A DNA stretch of 64,000 nucleotides from the NCBI GenBank assembly GCA_964016885.1, contig OZ024743.1:376216001-376280000 (forward strand), given 5' to 3'. A model generated the notes under the pieces. It ran no database searches. It saw only the letters and a program-made list of their open reading frames with translations, and had not been told where the DNA came from. This DNA comes from Eledone cirrhosa. Lineage: Eukaryota. The translations under genes and the position numbers were made by a program. Of the stretch, positions 52,850-64,000 are shown piece after piece. Position 1 is the stretch's first letter; each line of letters starts with the position of its first letter.

Positions 52850-55800
52850 TCGTCTACAGCGTGATAATGCCACACAAAAGTCACGTGGAGTGACGAAACC
52901 ACCGGAGACGAGTAATTCACCGGTGGTTATGTAACCATACATTCGCCAATCCTCGATAAGAGTGTTTAAATGTCGAACCTAAACAGTTCGAATAACGGTG
53001 AAATGGAGACTAGAATGTCATGTGACAGACTCTCACCCAACAGGTGCTCCCTGGCTCAGCAGCAGGGACCTGGCTGTCAACCAGATACTGCTGGTGTCGG
53101 AGGAATAAGAAGAAGAAGGAAAGGGACCAGAACCAACTGGACGAAAGAATTGAATAGAACTGTTATGCAATGTTACCTGAAGAGTAACCCCAAGGAGAAA
53201 GGCTATAGGAAAAGGATGCATAACATCTGGAACGAGATTGGTCCATTTAAATTAGATGAACAAAAACTGGCCGGGCAGGCTCGGGTAATAAGAACTAATG
53301 GGTGGATAAGCGAGCTGGAACTGGAGGAACTGAGCAGAGAGATTAGCTTGGAGATGGAGAGTGGAGTATGCCAGGCAAACGAGCCAGTGGGAAATGAAGG
53401 TGAAGAGGTCAAGAGAACGGAGGAACCACCGGAAGCAGACAATGTTCTGAATGCTGAGATAAATAATACCTGGAACAGAGATACGGCCACTGAGGAGATG
53501 AATGCTGACGGGCTAGGACAAGATTTGGTTGATATCCTAAACTTAGTGGTAGATTAATTGAACAATGATAGTGGGAGACCTATGAACCTAAGATTTGTAG
53601 ACAGGAAAAAGTTAAAAGAAACAACAGCTAAGGTAAACAAAGTCATCCCATACCTTGAGGCGAGGAGCCTTCACCAGTGCAACAATATCCTCAAAGCAAC
53701 AGCAAATACGGTGAGGAAACTACTTGGTATAAAAGCGAGAGGAAACAACAGCAAGAAAGAGCAGAGCCTTGGTGGAAGAAACGACTGAGTGGTCAAATCA
53801 GGGAAATGAGAAATGACATTGGAAAGCTTGAGTCCCTACTGAATGGGACACTAAAAAACATAGACACTAAAAATAGACTGGAAATAAAGTACAAAACTAG
53901 GAGGAAAAAGCTAAATATTATCATAGAGGAACTGAAGCAACGCATTGTAGCAAAGAGTGCAAAAATCAGGCGATACGAGAACAGAGTCAGTCAGTATAGA
54001 CAGAACCGCATGTTCGACAACAACCAGAAGATGCTGTTTGGACAGCTTGAAGGGAAAGAAAGAGGCAACGACTTGATCCCTGAGGCGGAACAAACTAAAA
54101 CATGCAGGAGAGGAATATGGGAGCAGGATGTTAAACATAATGACCAGGCAGTGTGGATTGAGACAGTACAGAAGGAGATTATTGAACAAGCACACCAACG
54201 AACTGACTTGAGTATCACAGTTGAAACTCGTAAGGGGCAGGCCAAAAAACTAACCAACTGGAAATCACCTGGCCCAGATGTTGTGCAGGGGTATTGGATT
54301 AAAAACATAACATCCCTCCACCCGAAACTGACAACCATGTTCAATGACTGCTTGATGTCAGGTGAGGTACCAGAGTGGTTGACAAAAGGTAACACAGTTC
54401 TGATAATGAAAGACCGAATCAAGAGTAATGATGTTACCAATTATAGACCTATCACATGTCTGTCCGTAATGTGGAAACTGTTGACAAGCATTATGTCTGA
54501 GGAAATCTACCATCACCTCCACACAAACAACTTGTTACCGGACGAACAGAAAGGATGCCGAAAGAAGTCACGTGGTACAAAGGGCCAGTTACTTATTGAT
54601 AAGATGGTAATGAGGAATTGCAAGAGGAGACACACTGGTCTTGCCATGGGATGGATAGACTACAAAAAGGCATTTGACATGGTGCCTCATTCTTGGATCA
54701 CCAAAAGCCTGGAGATCTTCAAGGTGGCAGATAACATCAGACAGTTGTTGGGCAAAAGTATGAAGTCCTGGGAAACAGAGTTAACATCAACTGGAGAATC
54801 CTTGGGAAGCGTGAAGATCAAGAGAGGTATCTTCCAGGGAGATAGTCTGTCCCCTCTGTTGTTTGTCCTTGCCCTGATGCCCCTGACCAGTGTACTGCGA
54901 AAAGTGAGAGCAGGGTACAGGTTGGGAAAGGGAGGGCTTACCATCAATCACCTCCTCTTCATGGACGATCTTAAGCTCTTCGGGAAGAGTGAGAAGGAGT
55001 TGGATGTGCTTGTTGACACTGTCCGTATTTTCAGCAATGATATATGTATGCAATTTGGTATTAGTAAGTGTGGAGTCATTGTGATGAGGAGGGGTAAGTT
55101 GAGCAGAAGTAACGGAATCCAGATACCAACAGGTGAGATGATAAAGGAAATTGACTCTGAGGAAGGATACAAGTATTTGGGCGTTCTGGAGGCTGATGAC
55201 ATCAAGAACAAAAAAATGAAGGAATTGATAAGAACTGAATACCTTCGGAGAGTAAGGAGCGCATTAAAGTCACATCTGAACAGTAGGAATGCCATAAGTG
55301 CAGTAAATTTCAGAGCTGTGTCTATTATTAGGTACAGTGCGGGAATTCTGAGATGGAATGTTGCTGAACAAAAAGAAATGGATAGGAAGACTAGGAAGCT
55401 ATTGACTATCTACAATATGTTCCACAAGAGGAGTGATGTCGATAGACTCTACTTAATGAGATCTGAAGGTGGAAGAGGTCTTATCAGCATAGAGGACTGT
55501 GTTCAGATGGAGAAAAACAACCTACACAAATACGTGACTGATAGTAAGGAGCCAATGCTCAGAACTGTTCTGAAGGAGGGGACAATAGGCCAGGGGATGT
55601 CCAAGGAGGAAATAACATCAAGGAGAAAGAGCAGCCTTCAGGAAAAATACCTTCATAGTACCTTCTTTGAGAAAACTGAATTTAGAGATCCACAGACATG
55701 AAACTGGTTGAAAAGAGGAGACCTTAAAAAGGCTACAGAAGGAATGTTAATGGCTGCGCAGGAGCAGGCCCTCAAAACGAAGTGGTTGAAACACCACATT

Positions 55801-56478
55801 TACAAGGATGAGGCTAGCCCACTGTGCAGGATCTGTGGAGAGAGAGAGAGAGGAGACTGTGGCTCACATTGTATCCGAGTGTAAACACCTAGCCCAGACT
55901 CACCATAAGGGCTGGAGACATGATGTGATGGGCAGGGTGATCCACTGGCACCTATGCAAAGTAAACAATTTACCACATTCTGAGAAGTGGTATGAGCATA
56001 AGCCAGAGGCGGTGATAGAAAACGATCAGGTGAAGGTGCTGTGGGATTTTAGGATACAGACGGACAAGAAACTGGAACACAATAGACCTGACCTGGTGGT
56101 TTTGGACTAGGAAAAAAGATCGTGCCTGATTGTGGATGTGGCCTGCCCATTCGACACGAGAGTGCAAGAGAAGGAGAGGGAGAAAATTAACCAATACCAG
56201 GACTTAAAGTGGGAGATAAAAAGGATTTGGAACTGCCATGAAGTCAAAGTGATCCCGATTGTCATAGGCGCAATAGGGACTATCTCCAAAAGTTTCCAGG
56301 GATGGTTAAAGAAAATTGGCCCCTTCACGCTATTTGGAACGCTTCAAAAGGCATGCTTGCTGGGAACAGCAAGAATCCTGCGATACGTCCTGAATATCTG
56401 AGGCTGCAGGTAGTGGCTTGATATTCATTTCAACAAACTTTCCAGTTAACTAACATCAATGACTGAGACTCAAAGAGT
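52850..56478 (+). mobile_element. R4/Dong-clade non-LTR retrotransposon (RT + CCHC + RLE), full length but disrupted
   Basis: Single ancestral ORF 52970-56401 broken by stops (53555, 55699, 56108) and frameshifts (~53760, (GA)n at ~55845). Motifs: N-terminal WTKELNRTVMQCY; NWKSPGPD; YRPITCL; EQKGC; WIDYKKAFD; RGIFQGDSLSP; LLFMDD; CRICGE..ETVAHIVSEC..RHD; RPDLVV..IVDVACP..EK. Short 3'UTR, then (AAT)n. Confidence 0.93.
53677..55701 (+). pseudogene. Reverse-transcriptase-containing fragment of the R4/Dong ORF
   Basis: 674-aa open stretch carrying the RT motifs (FMDD). Confidence 0.9.
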
Positions 56479-56487
56479 AATAACAAC

Positions 56488-56531
<44 letters not shown>

Positions 56532-56791
56532 TTTCTTTATTAACCACAAGGGTTTACATAAAGTAGACATTAAGGACAGTGCAGGACAATGCAGGACGGT
56601 ACAAATGGGCATTTCTGCGTGTAAAAAAAGAAAAACAGAGGATGTAACAAAAATAACAATGAAAATAACAATGAAAAATTCCCCAATAGGGGGGAGACTT
56701 CAGAGGGACATTTGTGGAGAAAGCCCAGTAAAAAGCCACAATGACCCTGCCCACCTAGGCAAGTGCCCTCTCCCAGTTTTCCACCTTTAGT

Positions 56792-59700
56792 TTACAGATA
56801 TATGCTCAGAGTAGGCCCATTCACTCGGGCCATTCTTGCTTCTCTCACCCATCTTTCAACAAAATGCTGGGAAGAGAGCACTTCCTTCTCTACTCTGATT
56901 TTCCTTTTCAAATGAAATTTGAAAAAGTCAATCAGAGCATCACCGAAGAGGTAAGTGCTCGTCTTCAGCCCTTTCAAACGTGTCCACCATACTATCTCTT
57001 TCGCCATGGCCACCAGGCAGATAAAAACTGCCTGCCCTTCCCGGCTAAAGGAAGAGGGCGGGGCAATCCTCGCGATGGACTCAGATGATAGCCGGATCCG
57101 TCCTAAGCGCGACAGCAGGTGTTCGACATAAACCCACAAGTCAGCAATTTTCGGACACTGGACGAGTGCGTGCAGGACGGTTTCGTCGCCCTGCGCGCAT
57201 CTCGGACATGCCCGGCAGACGGCACCTCCATGCCTGTAGAGTTTATCCCGAACTGGCAAGGCTCCTCGGTAGCATTGCCAGGCCAGAGATTTCTGGAAGT
57301 TGTCCATAGGCCCCGGCCCTAAAGTTCTTCCGAAGAGATTGGCTAGTTGATTTTCGTCGACGCCTAGAGTTTCCCCAAGTACGTCGTCGCTCTTCCCCTC
57401 CACTAATCCTCTATAGAACGCCGAGGTGGAGTTTCCACCGATCACATTGCCCGATTGGCCGAGGGCTGAGAGCGCCTGAAGACATTCCAGTCTCCAGGCG
57501 CTCACTCTCGGTCTTCGCTTGACCCAGGACTGCAGCTCCGTCAAGGAAACGAGCTGGGGAAATACGCGCCTAGCAAACGGCGACCACACCTGATCACCGT
57601 CGAGGAAGAGGTGGAGATGTCGTAGCCTGAGCGCGTGCCTGCGCATCATCAGCCACGGCATGCCCAGCCCTCCACGTAGCGGGTGTTGACAACAGATGGA
57701 CCGCCTGACCATCGGAGCACGTCCCTTCCACAAAAAGCGAAAGAGCAAACGCTCCAGCGCAGTCAGGCGAGGCTTAGGACAAGGTACGACGGTCAGGCGG
57801 TAGCAGATGACAGACGCGATGTACGCGTTAGCCACCTCCGCTCGACCTTTCAGGGATAGCTTCCTCTCCTCCCATTTCTGGGTGAGAGAAGCCACCCTGC
57901 TCGTCACCTCGTCCCAGTTTTTGTCCGTCTGGAGGTCCGGACCGAACCAGACCCCTAGCAATTTAACCGGTCCGTCCGTCCAGCGCCCAACGACACTGTT
58001 GGACGGCATGGACCTGCCTCTCCAGGTGCCGAGCTGCAGGCCCACTGACTTTTCCTGGTTGATCATTGCTCCTGTCACCGCTTCGTATTCTCTTAGTGTA
58101 GTGCCGATCGCCTCGATGTGTTTGGCGTTCGACACCACTACGGTGACATCGTCCGCATATGCTGACACGGATCTTCCGCATCCTAGTTCGCGCGGGACTC
58201 CCCTCAACGTCTCCAGTTTGTGCAGTAATGGCTCGAGAGTCAATACGTACAAGAGGGACGAGAGGGGACATCCTTGGCGGACCGAGCGCATGATGTTGAA
58301 CGGTTCCGACAGGTGACCGTTCACTCTCACCACAGAGCAGATGTCGCTGTGCATGGCAGCGATCCAGCCTCTGAAGACGGGCCCAAAGCCAGCCGCCCTC
58401 AGGACGGCCGCTAGGTAACGATGGTCGACCCTATCGAAAGCTTTCGACTGATCTAAATTGATCAAGGACCCACCCGTGCCAGGTTCCTTAGCTACCCTCT
58501 CTATGATGTATCGCATGAGGTGGAGGTTGTCGTGGATGGATCTGTCGGGAATGGCGCATGTCTGCGCCTCTCCCACCAGACCACCAACGACAAGCGCCAA
58601 CCTCTTTGCTAGCACCTTGGCCAAAATCTTGAACTCTGTGTTTAGCAGAGTTATGGGCCGGAAATTGTCTATGTTATCCCCCTTGTTCGGATCCTTTCTC
58701 AGCAGTGCCACCGCTCCTCGGCTCACAGAACTGGGAATTCTCCCGTTCTGTTGCCAGTTGCAGTAGACGTCCGCCAAGAGGCCTCCGAACAAGTCTGGCA
58801 TCTGTACGTAAAGTTCATAGGGCAGACCATCCAAACCAGGCGATTTACCCCTTGTGCAGCCAGTCATTGCCTCCCTTACTTCAGCGGCTGTTATCGGCTT
58901 TTCGCAACACTTCGCCTCAGTGGCCGAGAGCCGCGGCAGTCCGTCGAGGTAGACACTAAAGTCCATCCCTCTACCCGGCCCACCGCTGCCCCCGAACAGC
59001 TGAGCGAAGTGTCGCTGAAAAGCTTCACACATTTTCCCGGGATCGAGTAGCATGCGCCCGTCGTGGTCCACCAAAGACCGGATCGTGGCTTTGTTGCCAC
59101 GACGCGCCTCCGCTACTCGGGCCCATTGAACGGCTTTCGTCCCCTCGTGTCTGAGAGCACGCACCCTAGCTCTGACAACGCAGCCTTCGTGCTTTGCATT
59201 GAAGAATTGGTCAAGGGCCAATTTCGCCGCAAGCACGTCGGTCGCAATGCCTTTGCTAAGCGCCTCGTCTAATTTTCTAACTAGTTCTCCCTCTGCTCTA
59301 TTTTTCTCTATTGCTAAAGCCTTACTAAACCTAATCGATTCTATTCTAATCGCTCTTTTCAGAGCAAACCACCACTTGTTGTTGACGATGGCCCCCGTCA
59401 ACGCCCGCTTAACTAGTTCGCTAATCCGGTCTCTGTAGGCCTTGCGCGCTGGTAAGGACGCGTTTAGCTTCCAGTAGCCGGGTCCTCGTCTATGAAGCCT
59501 ATCTAAGTCAAGCACACAGGTCACGAATTTGTGGTCCGTGTAGCTGACTATCTTGAATTGTGGACAGCCTATGCTAGACCTATCTATTTCCCTACAAAAT
59601 ACTCTATCTAGATATGATCTGAATGACCCTATGTGGTTTGTCCAAGTCCACATTGGCACATTCGGGAAATCCAATCGGTACCTGTCAGACAGTTCAAAAC

Positions 59701-60211
59701 GCCTGAGCAGGCTGGTGAGGCTCTTGCACCCTCCACCCCTATCCGCTAATCCCACACAGTCCCAGCGTGCATCTAAGATCCCGTTCCAGTCGCCCACTAA
59801 CACTAAAGAGCGGGACGTTCCAAGAAAGGTCTCCAGACGCCGGAAGAAATCAGGCCGCTCTGCTCCTGTCGGGGCATAGACGGCCACTAGCCTGAAAGCT
59901 TGCCCGTCTCCGCTGGTCACGTCCAGCACCACCAGCTTACTCTCTGGGTCCAGGAAGATGGCCCGTATGGCGAGATCCAAACCTCTCCGAAAAAGCACAG
60001 CAACTCCTCCACCCGATCCAGGACGGCTGGGAGAAGCGTACACATCGTAGCCGCCGAAGATCGGTGCGAAGGCCCGTGCTTCGGAGAATCTGATCACGCT
60101 GATGGCCACTACATCTATGTTTAGTGACCTGAGGTCGTTGAGCAGGTGACCCTGCTTCCATGACGACCCCAAGCCACGCGCATTTATGCTGCCTATTCTG
60201 AGTGAGGTCAT
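56792..60211 (-). CDS. Tx1 ORF2p: APE endonuclease + reverse transcriptase + C-terminal zinc finger (1139 aa)
   Basis: SINARGL, VAVYAP, GDWNG, SYLDR, YTDH; KSPGLDG, NFRPITLLN, LDQSKAFDRVDH, SVRQGCPLS, AYADD, KLLG; CPRC..ETVLHALVQC. Confidence 0.96.
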   Translation of the reverse strand: MTSLRIGSINARGLGSSWKQGHLLNDLRSLNIDVVAISVIRFSEARAFAPIFGGYDVYASPSRPGSGGGVAVLFRRGLDLAIRAIFLDPESKLVVLDVTSGDGQAFRLVAVYAPTGAERPDFFRRLETFLGTSRSLVLVGDWNGILDARWDCVGLADRGGGCKSLTSLLRRFELSDRYRLDFPNVPMWTWTNHIGSFRSYLDRVFCREIDRSSIGCPQFKIVSYTDHKFVTCVLDLDRLHRRGPGYWKLNASLPARKAYRDRISELVKRALTGAIVNNKWWFALKRAIRIESIRFSKALAIEKNRAEGELVRKLDEALSKGIATDVLAAKLALDQFFNAKHEGCVVRARVRALRHEGTKAVQWARVAEARRGNKATIRSLVDHDGRMLLDPGKMCEAFQRHFAQLFGGSGGPGRGMDFSVYLDGLPRLSATEAKCCEKPITAAEVREAMTGCTRGKSPGLDGLPYELYVQMPDLFGGLLADVYCNWQQNGRIPSSVSRGAVALLRKDPNKGDNIDNFRPITLLNTEFKILAKVLAKRLALVVGGLVGEAQTCAIPDRSIHDNLHLMRYIIERVAKEPGTGGSLINLDQSKAFDRVDHRYLAAVLRAAGFGPVFRGWIAAMHSDICSVVRVNGHLSEPFNIMRSVRQGCPLSSLLYVLTLEPLLHKLETLRGVPRELGCGRSVSAYADDVTVVVSNAKHIEAIGTTLREYEAVTGAMINQEKSVGLQLGTWRGRSMPSNSVVGRWTDGPVKLLGVWFGPDLQTDKNWDEVTSRVASLTQKWEERKLSLKGRAEVANAYIASVICYRLTVVPCPKPRLTALERLLFRFLWKGRAPMVRRSICCQHPLRGGLGMPWLMMRRHALRLRHLHLFLDGDQVWSPFARRVFPQLVSLTELQSWVKRRPRVSAWRLECLQALSALGQSGNVIGGNSTSAFYRGLVEGKSDDVLGETLGVDENQLANLFGRTLGPGPMDNFQKSLAWQCYRGALPVRDKLYRHGGAVCRACPRCAQGDETVLHALVQCPKIADLWVYVEHLLSRLGRIRLSSESIARIAPPSSFSREGQAVFICLVAMAKEIVWWTRLKGLKTSTYLFGDALIDFFKFHLKRKIRVEKEVLSSQHFVERWVREARMARVNGPTLSIYL

Positions 60212-60693
60212 GTTTAAAATAGAGTGGAAAAGATGGGAAAGACCACTTACCGTACTTTTGGTAGAGGAGGGATGGTTTTTACATCCCTTTTCACTTGATC
60301 GTCTGGTGAAGGGACCGTTGAATCGTCCCTTCGGCTGGTCGTCGGCTCTTCTAAGAGAATGTCTGAGTATACTCTTCGATTGATGGTTCCTCCTAGGTCC
60401 CTGAAATCACCAACTGCGTTGGGGAATTTCGTTTTAATGTTTGTGTATTGTTTCTGTGCTATTTTTAGCAGTCTTATGTTAGTTGGCGTTTTGATTGGTG
60501 CTGGTATTATGTAGTCCTGTTGTGAAATGTCTGTGTTCAATTATGTAAGTCATTAGTTTCTTGTTGTGTGTATTTATTGCCGTGCATTTGTTTTTCTGGG
60601 GGTGGGGTGTGGTTCTGCTATTTTCTTGTCGTTGTTGCTGGGTGTGTGTGTTTTGTTGTTGTGTTTGCGATGTTGGTGCTTGTGGTGGTGGTG

Positions 60694-62340
60694 TTAAGGT
60701 GTTGTTGGCGGTGGGGTTGTCGCCGGTGGTGATGGTGGTGCTAGTGTGGGTGGTGATGGTGTTGGTGTTGTTGCTGCTGTGGGTCTCTTTGCAGTAGACT
60801 TTACCCTTTTCTCATTTCTTTCCTCCCTTTTCAAAGGCGACGATGCGCTGCTTCTGCGTTTGTGCCTTCTTACGACATTTTGCCACCCCTCTCCCACCTC
60901 ACACTCCATGTCTGATTCTGTGAGGTCGGGGAGAGGTACCAGCTCCACTCTTTCACTTGTTGTTGTTGGTGATGTTTGCACTGGAGTCTCTGTTGCAGCT
61001 GCATTTGGTATTGCTGTTGTTGTTGTTAATATTTCCACTGCTGCTGCTGTTTTTGATTTCCGTGGAATGGGTATGGGTGCCACGGACCTATCGTTCCTGG
61101 TTGCCGCTTGTCCTGTTGCTGGTAGCCGTGGAGCCGGATTCGGAAGGAGGGTGGTTTTCTCCTTTCTCAGGGTCTTCTCGTTGCAGAAGGCCCTGAAGTG
61201 AGTCTTCGATCCACAGCGAAAGCATTTCGGGCGTTTGCCCTCAACACTTATGGGCAGTTGAGTGCCGTTATCGAAGTCTATCACATCCGGGATAGCTTCG
61301 ATGCACTCCTGGTTGGTTTGGATTAGCATCTCAATGGAGGAGCCGACCCAATCTTCTCTTACTTTTTTCTGTACTTGCAGTACAGTTGTTTTGTCCTCGA
61401 TTCCGACGATGACAGACGCGGCCAGCCAAGAAGGAGCCATTCCGGGGGGGACGTGGGTCAGTTTGACCCTCACAATTTTTTGCCCGCAGTAGGAGGGCAC
61501 CAACACCATTTCCTCGCTCCTTAGGGTCACTACTGATTGGGCCTTTGCCTCCTGGGGTGTGGCAAAAAGTACGTCTACGGTGGCATATTTTTTGCCTCGA
61601 GTGATGTGCGTTTTCCGCTGCCACACAGACCCCAAGGCTTTTTGTATTTGGGCCTCTGTGGCTCTTTCCACCCTACGGGATTTTGTACTTACTGTACGGT
61701 ACGTGACCGTACAGTGCTCTTGGGTTTCGAAAAATTTTTCCGCTGCCTTGCAGATTGCTCGGTGTTCGTTTTTTGTCACCATCTTCTTCGCTTCCTCTAA
61801 TTCCTCATTTGTTATGAGGATTGTTTCCAAGTTTTTCGCAATACCTGCAAATGAGATTGGTTTTTCTCTGCTGTTGTTGTTGTCGTCAGAGCTGCTGGTA
61901 CTTTTGTTGTTGCTGCAGGTACTACGACTACTGCCTCCGCCGCTGTTGCTGTGGTTGTTGTTGGTGTTGCTGCTGCTAATGCTGTTGTTGTTTATGCTGC
62001 TGGTGATGCTGTTGCGGCTGCTACTGTTGTTTTCATTGTCACTGTTGCTGTTGTTATTACGGCTGCTACTGCTATTATTCCTGACGTCAGACGAATGAAC
62101 TGTGTTTTCGTATTTCCCGCACACCTGTTTCGTCGCTGTCGTCGTCGTCGTGGAGAAACCTTGCACGCTTTGCACGAGACTTTTCTTTTCTTTCGTCACT
62201 TGCGAAAGAGAAGGGAGGGAGAGAGACACATTTAAAGAAGGGAGGGAGAGAGACAATCTTCTCTCTGCTGTAGTGATGATTGAGGAAGAAGAAGACGGAA
62301 TGAGTGGGAGTGACGTATGAAATTTCTTTTTCGTAGCCAT
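60694..62340 (-). CDS. Tx1 ORF1p (gag-like, CCHC knuckle); likely originally extended to 60247
   Basis: CFRCGSKTHFRAFC knuckle, ISFAGIAK motif, Ser/Asn and Thr/Pro low-complexity tracts; downstream piece 60247..60540 ends just before ORF2. Confidence 0.85.
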   Translation of the reverse strand: MATKKKFHTSLPLIPSSSSSIITTAERRLSLSLPSLNVSLSLPSLSQVTKEKKSLVQSVQGFSTTTTTATKQVCGKYENTVHSSDVRNNSSSSRNNNSNSDNENNSSSRNSITSSINNNSISSSNTNNNHSNSGGGSSRSTCSNNKSTSSSDDNNNSREKPISFAGIAKNLETILITNEELEEAKKMVTKNEHRAICKAAEKFFETQEHCTVTYRTVSTKSRRVERATEAQIQKALGSVWQRKTHITRGKKYATVDVLFATPQEAKAQSVVTLRSEEMVLVPSYCGQKIVRVKLTHVPPGMAPSWLAASVIVGIEDKTTVLQVQKKVREDWVGSSIEMLIQTNQECIEAIPDVIDFDNGTQLPISVEGKRPKCFRCGSKTHFRAFCNEKTLRKEKTTLLPNPAPRLPATGQAATRNDRSVAPIPIPRKSKTAAAVEILTTTTAIPNAAATETPVQTSPTTTSERVELVPLPDLTESDMECEVGEGWQNVVRRHKRRSSASSPLKREERNEKRVKSTAKRPTAATTPTPSPPTLAPPSPPATTPPPTTP

Positions 62341-62555
62341 GTTGTTTTTTGTTTAAAATGAAATTTTGGGTACAAAACCCCAATAACTGGTTATTTAACC
62401 CCGAAGGGCCAAATAACGGACAGAAAGATCCCTCACACGAGGAGGAGGGTGTCTTTATCAACAATTTGGTTCAAGTTTTAAACAATTTACAATTGTTTTA
62501 ACGGTTAAAAATTACTATACCTTACAGAGCCGAGTCTCCGTCAACCATGGCATTC

Positions 62556-62585
<30 letters not shown>

Positions 62586-62587
<2 letters not shown>

Positions 62588-64000
62588 TTTATTTATTAAC
62601 CACAAGGGTTTACATAAAGTAGACATTAAGGACAGTGCAGGACAATACAGTACGGTACAAATGGCCATTTCTGCGTGTAAAAAACAAAAACAGAGGATGT
62701 AACAAAAAAATAACAATGAAAAATTCCCCAATAGGGGGGAGACTTCGGAGGGACATTTGTGGAGAAAGCTCAGTAAAAGGCCACAGTGACCCTGACCACC
62801 AAGGCAAGTGCCCTCTCCCAGTTTTCCACCTTTAATTTACGGATATATACTCAGAGTAGGCCCATTCACTCGGACCATTCTTGCTTCTCTCACCCATCTT
62901 TCAACAAAATGCTGGGAAGAGAGCACTTCCTTCTCTACTCTGATTTTCCTTTTCAAATGAAATTTGAAAAAGTCAATCAGGGCATCACCGAAGAGGTAAG
63001 TGCTCGTCTTCAGCCCTTTCAAACGTGTCCACCATACTATCTCTTTCGCCATGGCCACCAGACAGATAACAACTGCCTGCCCTTCCCGGCTAAAGGAGGA
63101 GGGCGGGGCAATCCTCACGATGGACTCATATGATAGCCGGATCCGTCCTACACGCGACAGCAGGTGTTCGACATAAACCCACAAGTCAGCAATTTTCGGG
63201 CACTGGACGAGTGCGTTAAGGACGGTTTCGTCTCCCTGCGCGCATCTCGGACATGCCCGGCAGACGGCACCTCCATGCCTGTAGAGTTTATCCCGAACTG
63301 GCAAGGCTCCTCGGTAGCACTGCCAGTCCAGAGATTTCTGGAAGTTGTCCATAGGCCCTGGCCCGAAAGTTCTTCCGAAGAGATTGGCTAGTTGATTTTC
63401 GTCGACGCCTAGAGTTTCCCCAAGTACGTCGTCGCCCTTCCCCTCCATTAATCCTCTATAGAACGCCGAGGTGGAGTTGCCACCGATCACATTGCCCGAT
63501 TGGTCGAGGGCTGTGAGCGCCTGAAGACATTCCAGTCTCCAGGCGCTCCCTCTCGGTCTTCGCTTGACCCAGGACTGCAGCTCCGTCAAGGAAACGAGCT
63601 GGGGAAATACGTGTCTAGCAAACGGCGACCACACCTGATCACCGTCGAGGAAGAGGTGGAGATGTCGTAGCCTGAGCGCGTGCCTGCGCATCATCAGCCA
63701 CGGCATGCCCAGCCCTCCACGTAGCGGGTGTTGACAACAGATGGACCGCCTGACCATCGGAGCGCGTCCCTTCCACAAAAAGCGAAAGAGCAAACGCTCC
63801 AGCGCAGTCAGGCGAGGCTTAGGACAGGTACGACGGTCAGGCGGTAGCAGATGACAGACGCGATGTACGCGTTAGCCACCTCCGCTCGACCTTTCAGGGA
63901 TAGCTTCCTCTCCGCCCATTTCTGGGTGAGAGAAGCCACCCTGCTTGTCACCTCGTCCCAGTTTTTGTCCGTCTGGAGGTCCGGACCGAACCAGACCCCT
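62586..64000 (-). mobile_element. L1/Tx1-clade LINE copy E (3' portion; runs off the window)
   Basis: Closely matches 56530-57955; 1-nt deletion near 63827 shifts the frame. Confidence 0.95.

Larger units (their letters stand above)
56530..62555 (-). mobile_element. L1/Tx1-clade LINE copy D, full length, near intact
   Basis: 5'UTR, ORF1, ORF2 and 3'UTR ending CCCTTGTGGTTAATAAAGAAAT; (AAT)n on both flanks (56478-56529, 62556-62585). Confidence 0.96.

Noticed and set aside
56864-62320. Plus-strand ORFs antisense to the Tx1 ORFs
   Set aside because: Shadow frames of GC-rich or low-complexity coding sequence.

Overview
AT-rich, microsatellite-dense eukaryotic DNA, most consistent with a cephalopod (octopus-like) genome. 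That assignment is inferred from SINE style and repeat landscape, not shown. There is no confidently recognisable host protein-coding gene, and most ORF-track entries are microsatellite artefacts. The coding content is retrotransposon. Five minus-strand L1/Tx1-clade LINE copies sit in two head-to-tail arrays: one separated by (GATA)n tracts (5.2-13.7 kb), one by (AAT)n tracts (56.5-64 kb, including a near-intact copy with an uninterrupted 1139-aa ORF2). There is also a full-length but disrupted R4/Dong-type RLE element (52.9-56.5 kb), remnants of R4/Dong, CRE, RTE, CR1 and Penelope-like elements, many tRNA-derived SINEs, mariner-type MITEs and a probable non-autonomous Helitron. The most striking signal is non-coding. 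Between about 17.6 and 40.1 kb, small elements inserted in (TA)n tracts carry at least eight sequence-complete type I hammerhead ribozyme motifs, plus several half or degenerate ones. Four have an unusual 79-97 nt stem II closed by U/U and a palindromic stem III. One sits in a ~1.2 kb non-coding element with 182-bp terminal direct repeats that start just after the predicted cleavage site (retrozyme-like). Many others lie at the centre of long DNA palindromes. Separately, three diverged Tx1 copies share a consensus splice donor overlapping the ORF1 stop codon. All folds were done by eye and none was computed.
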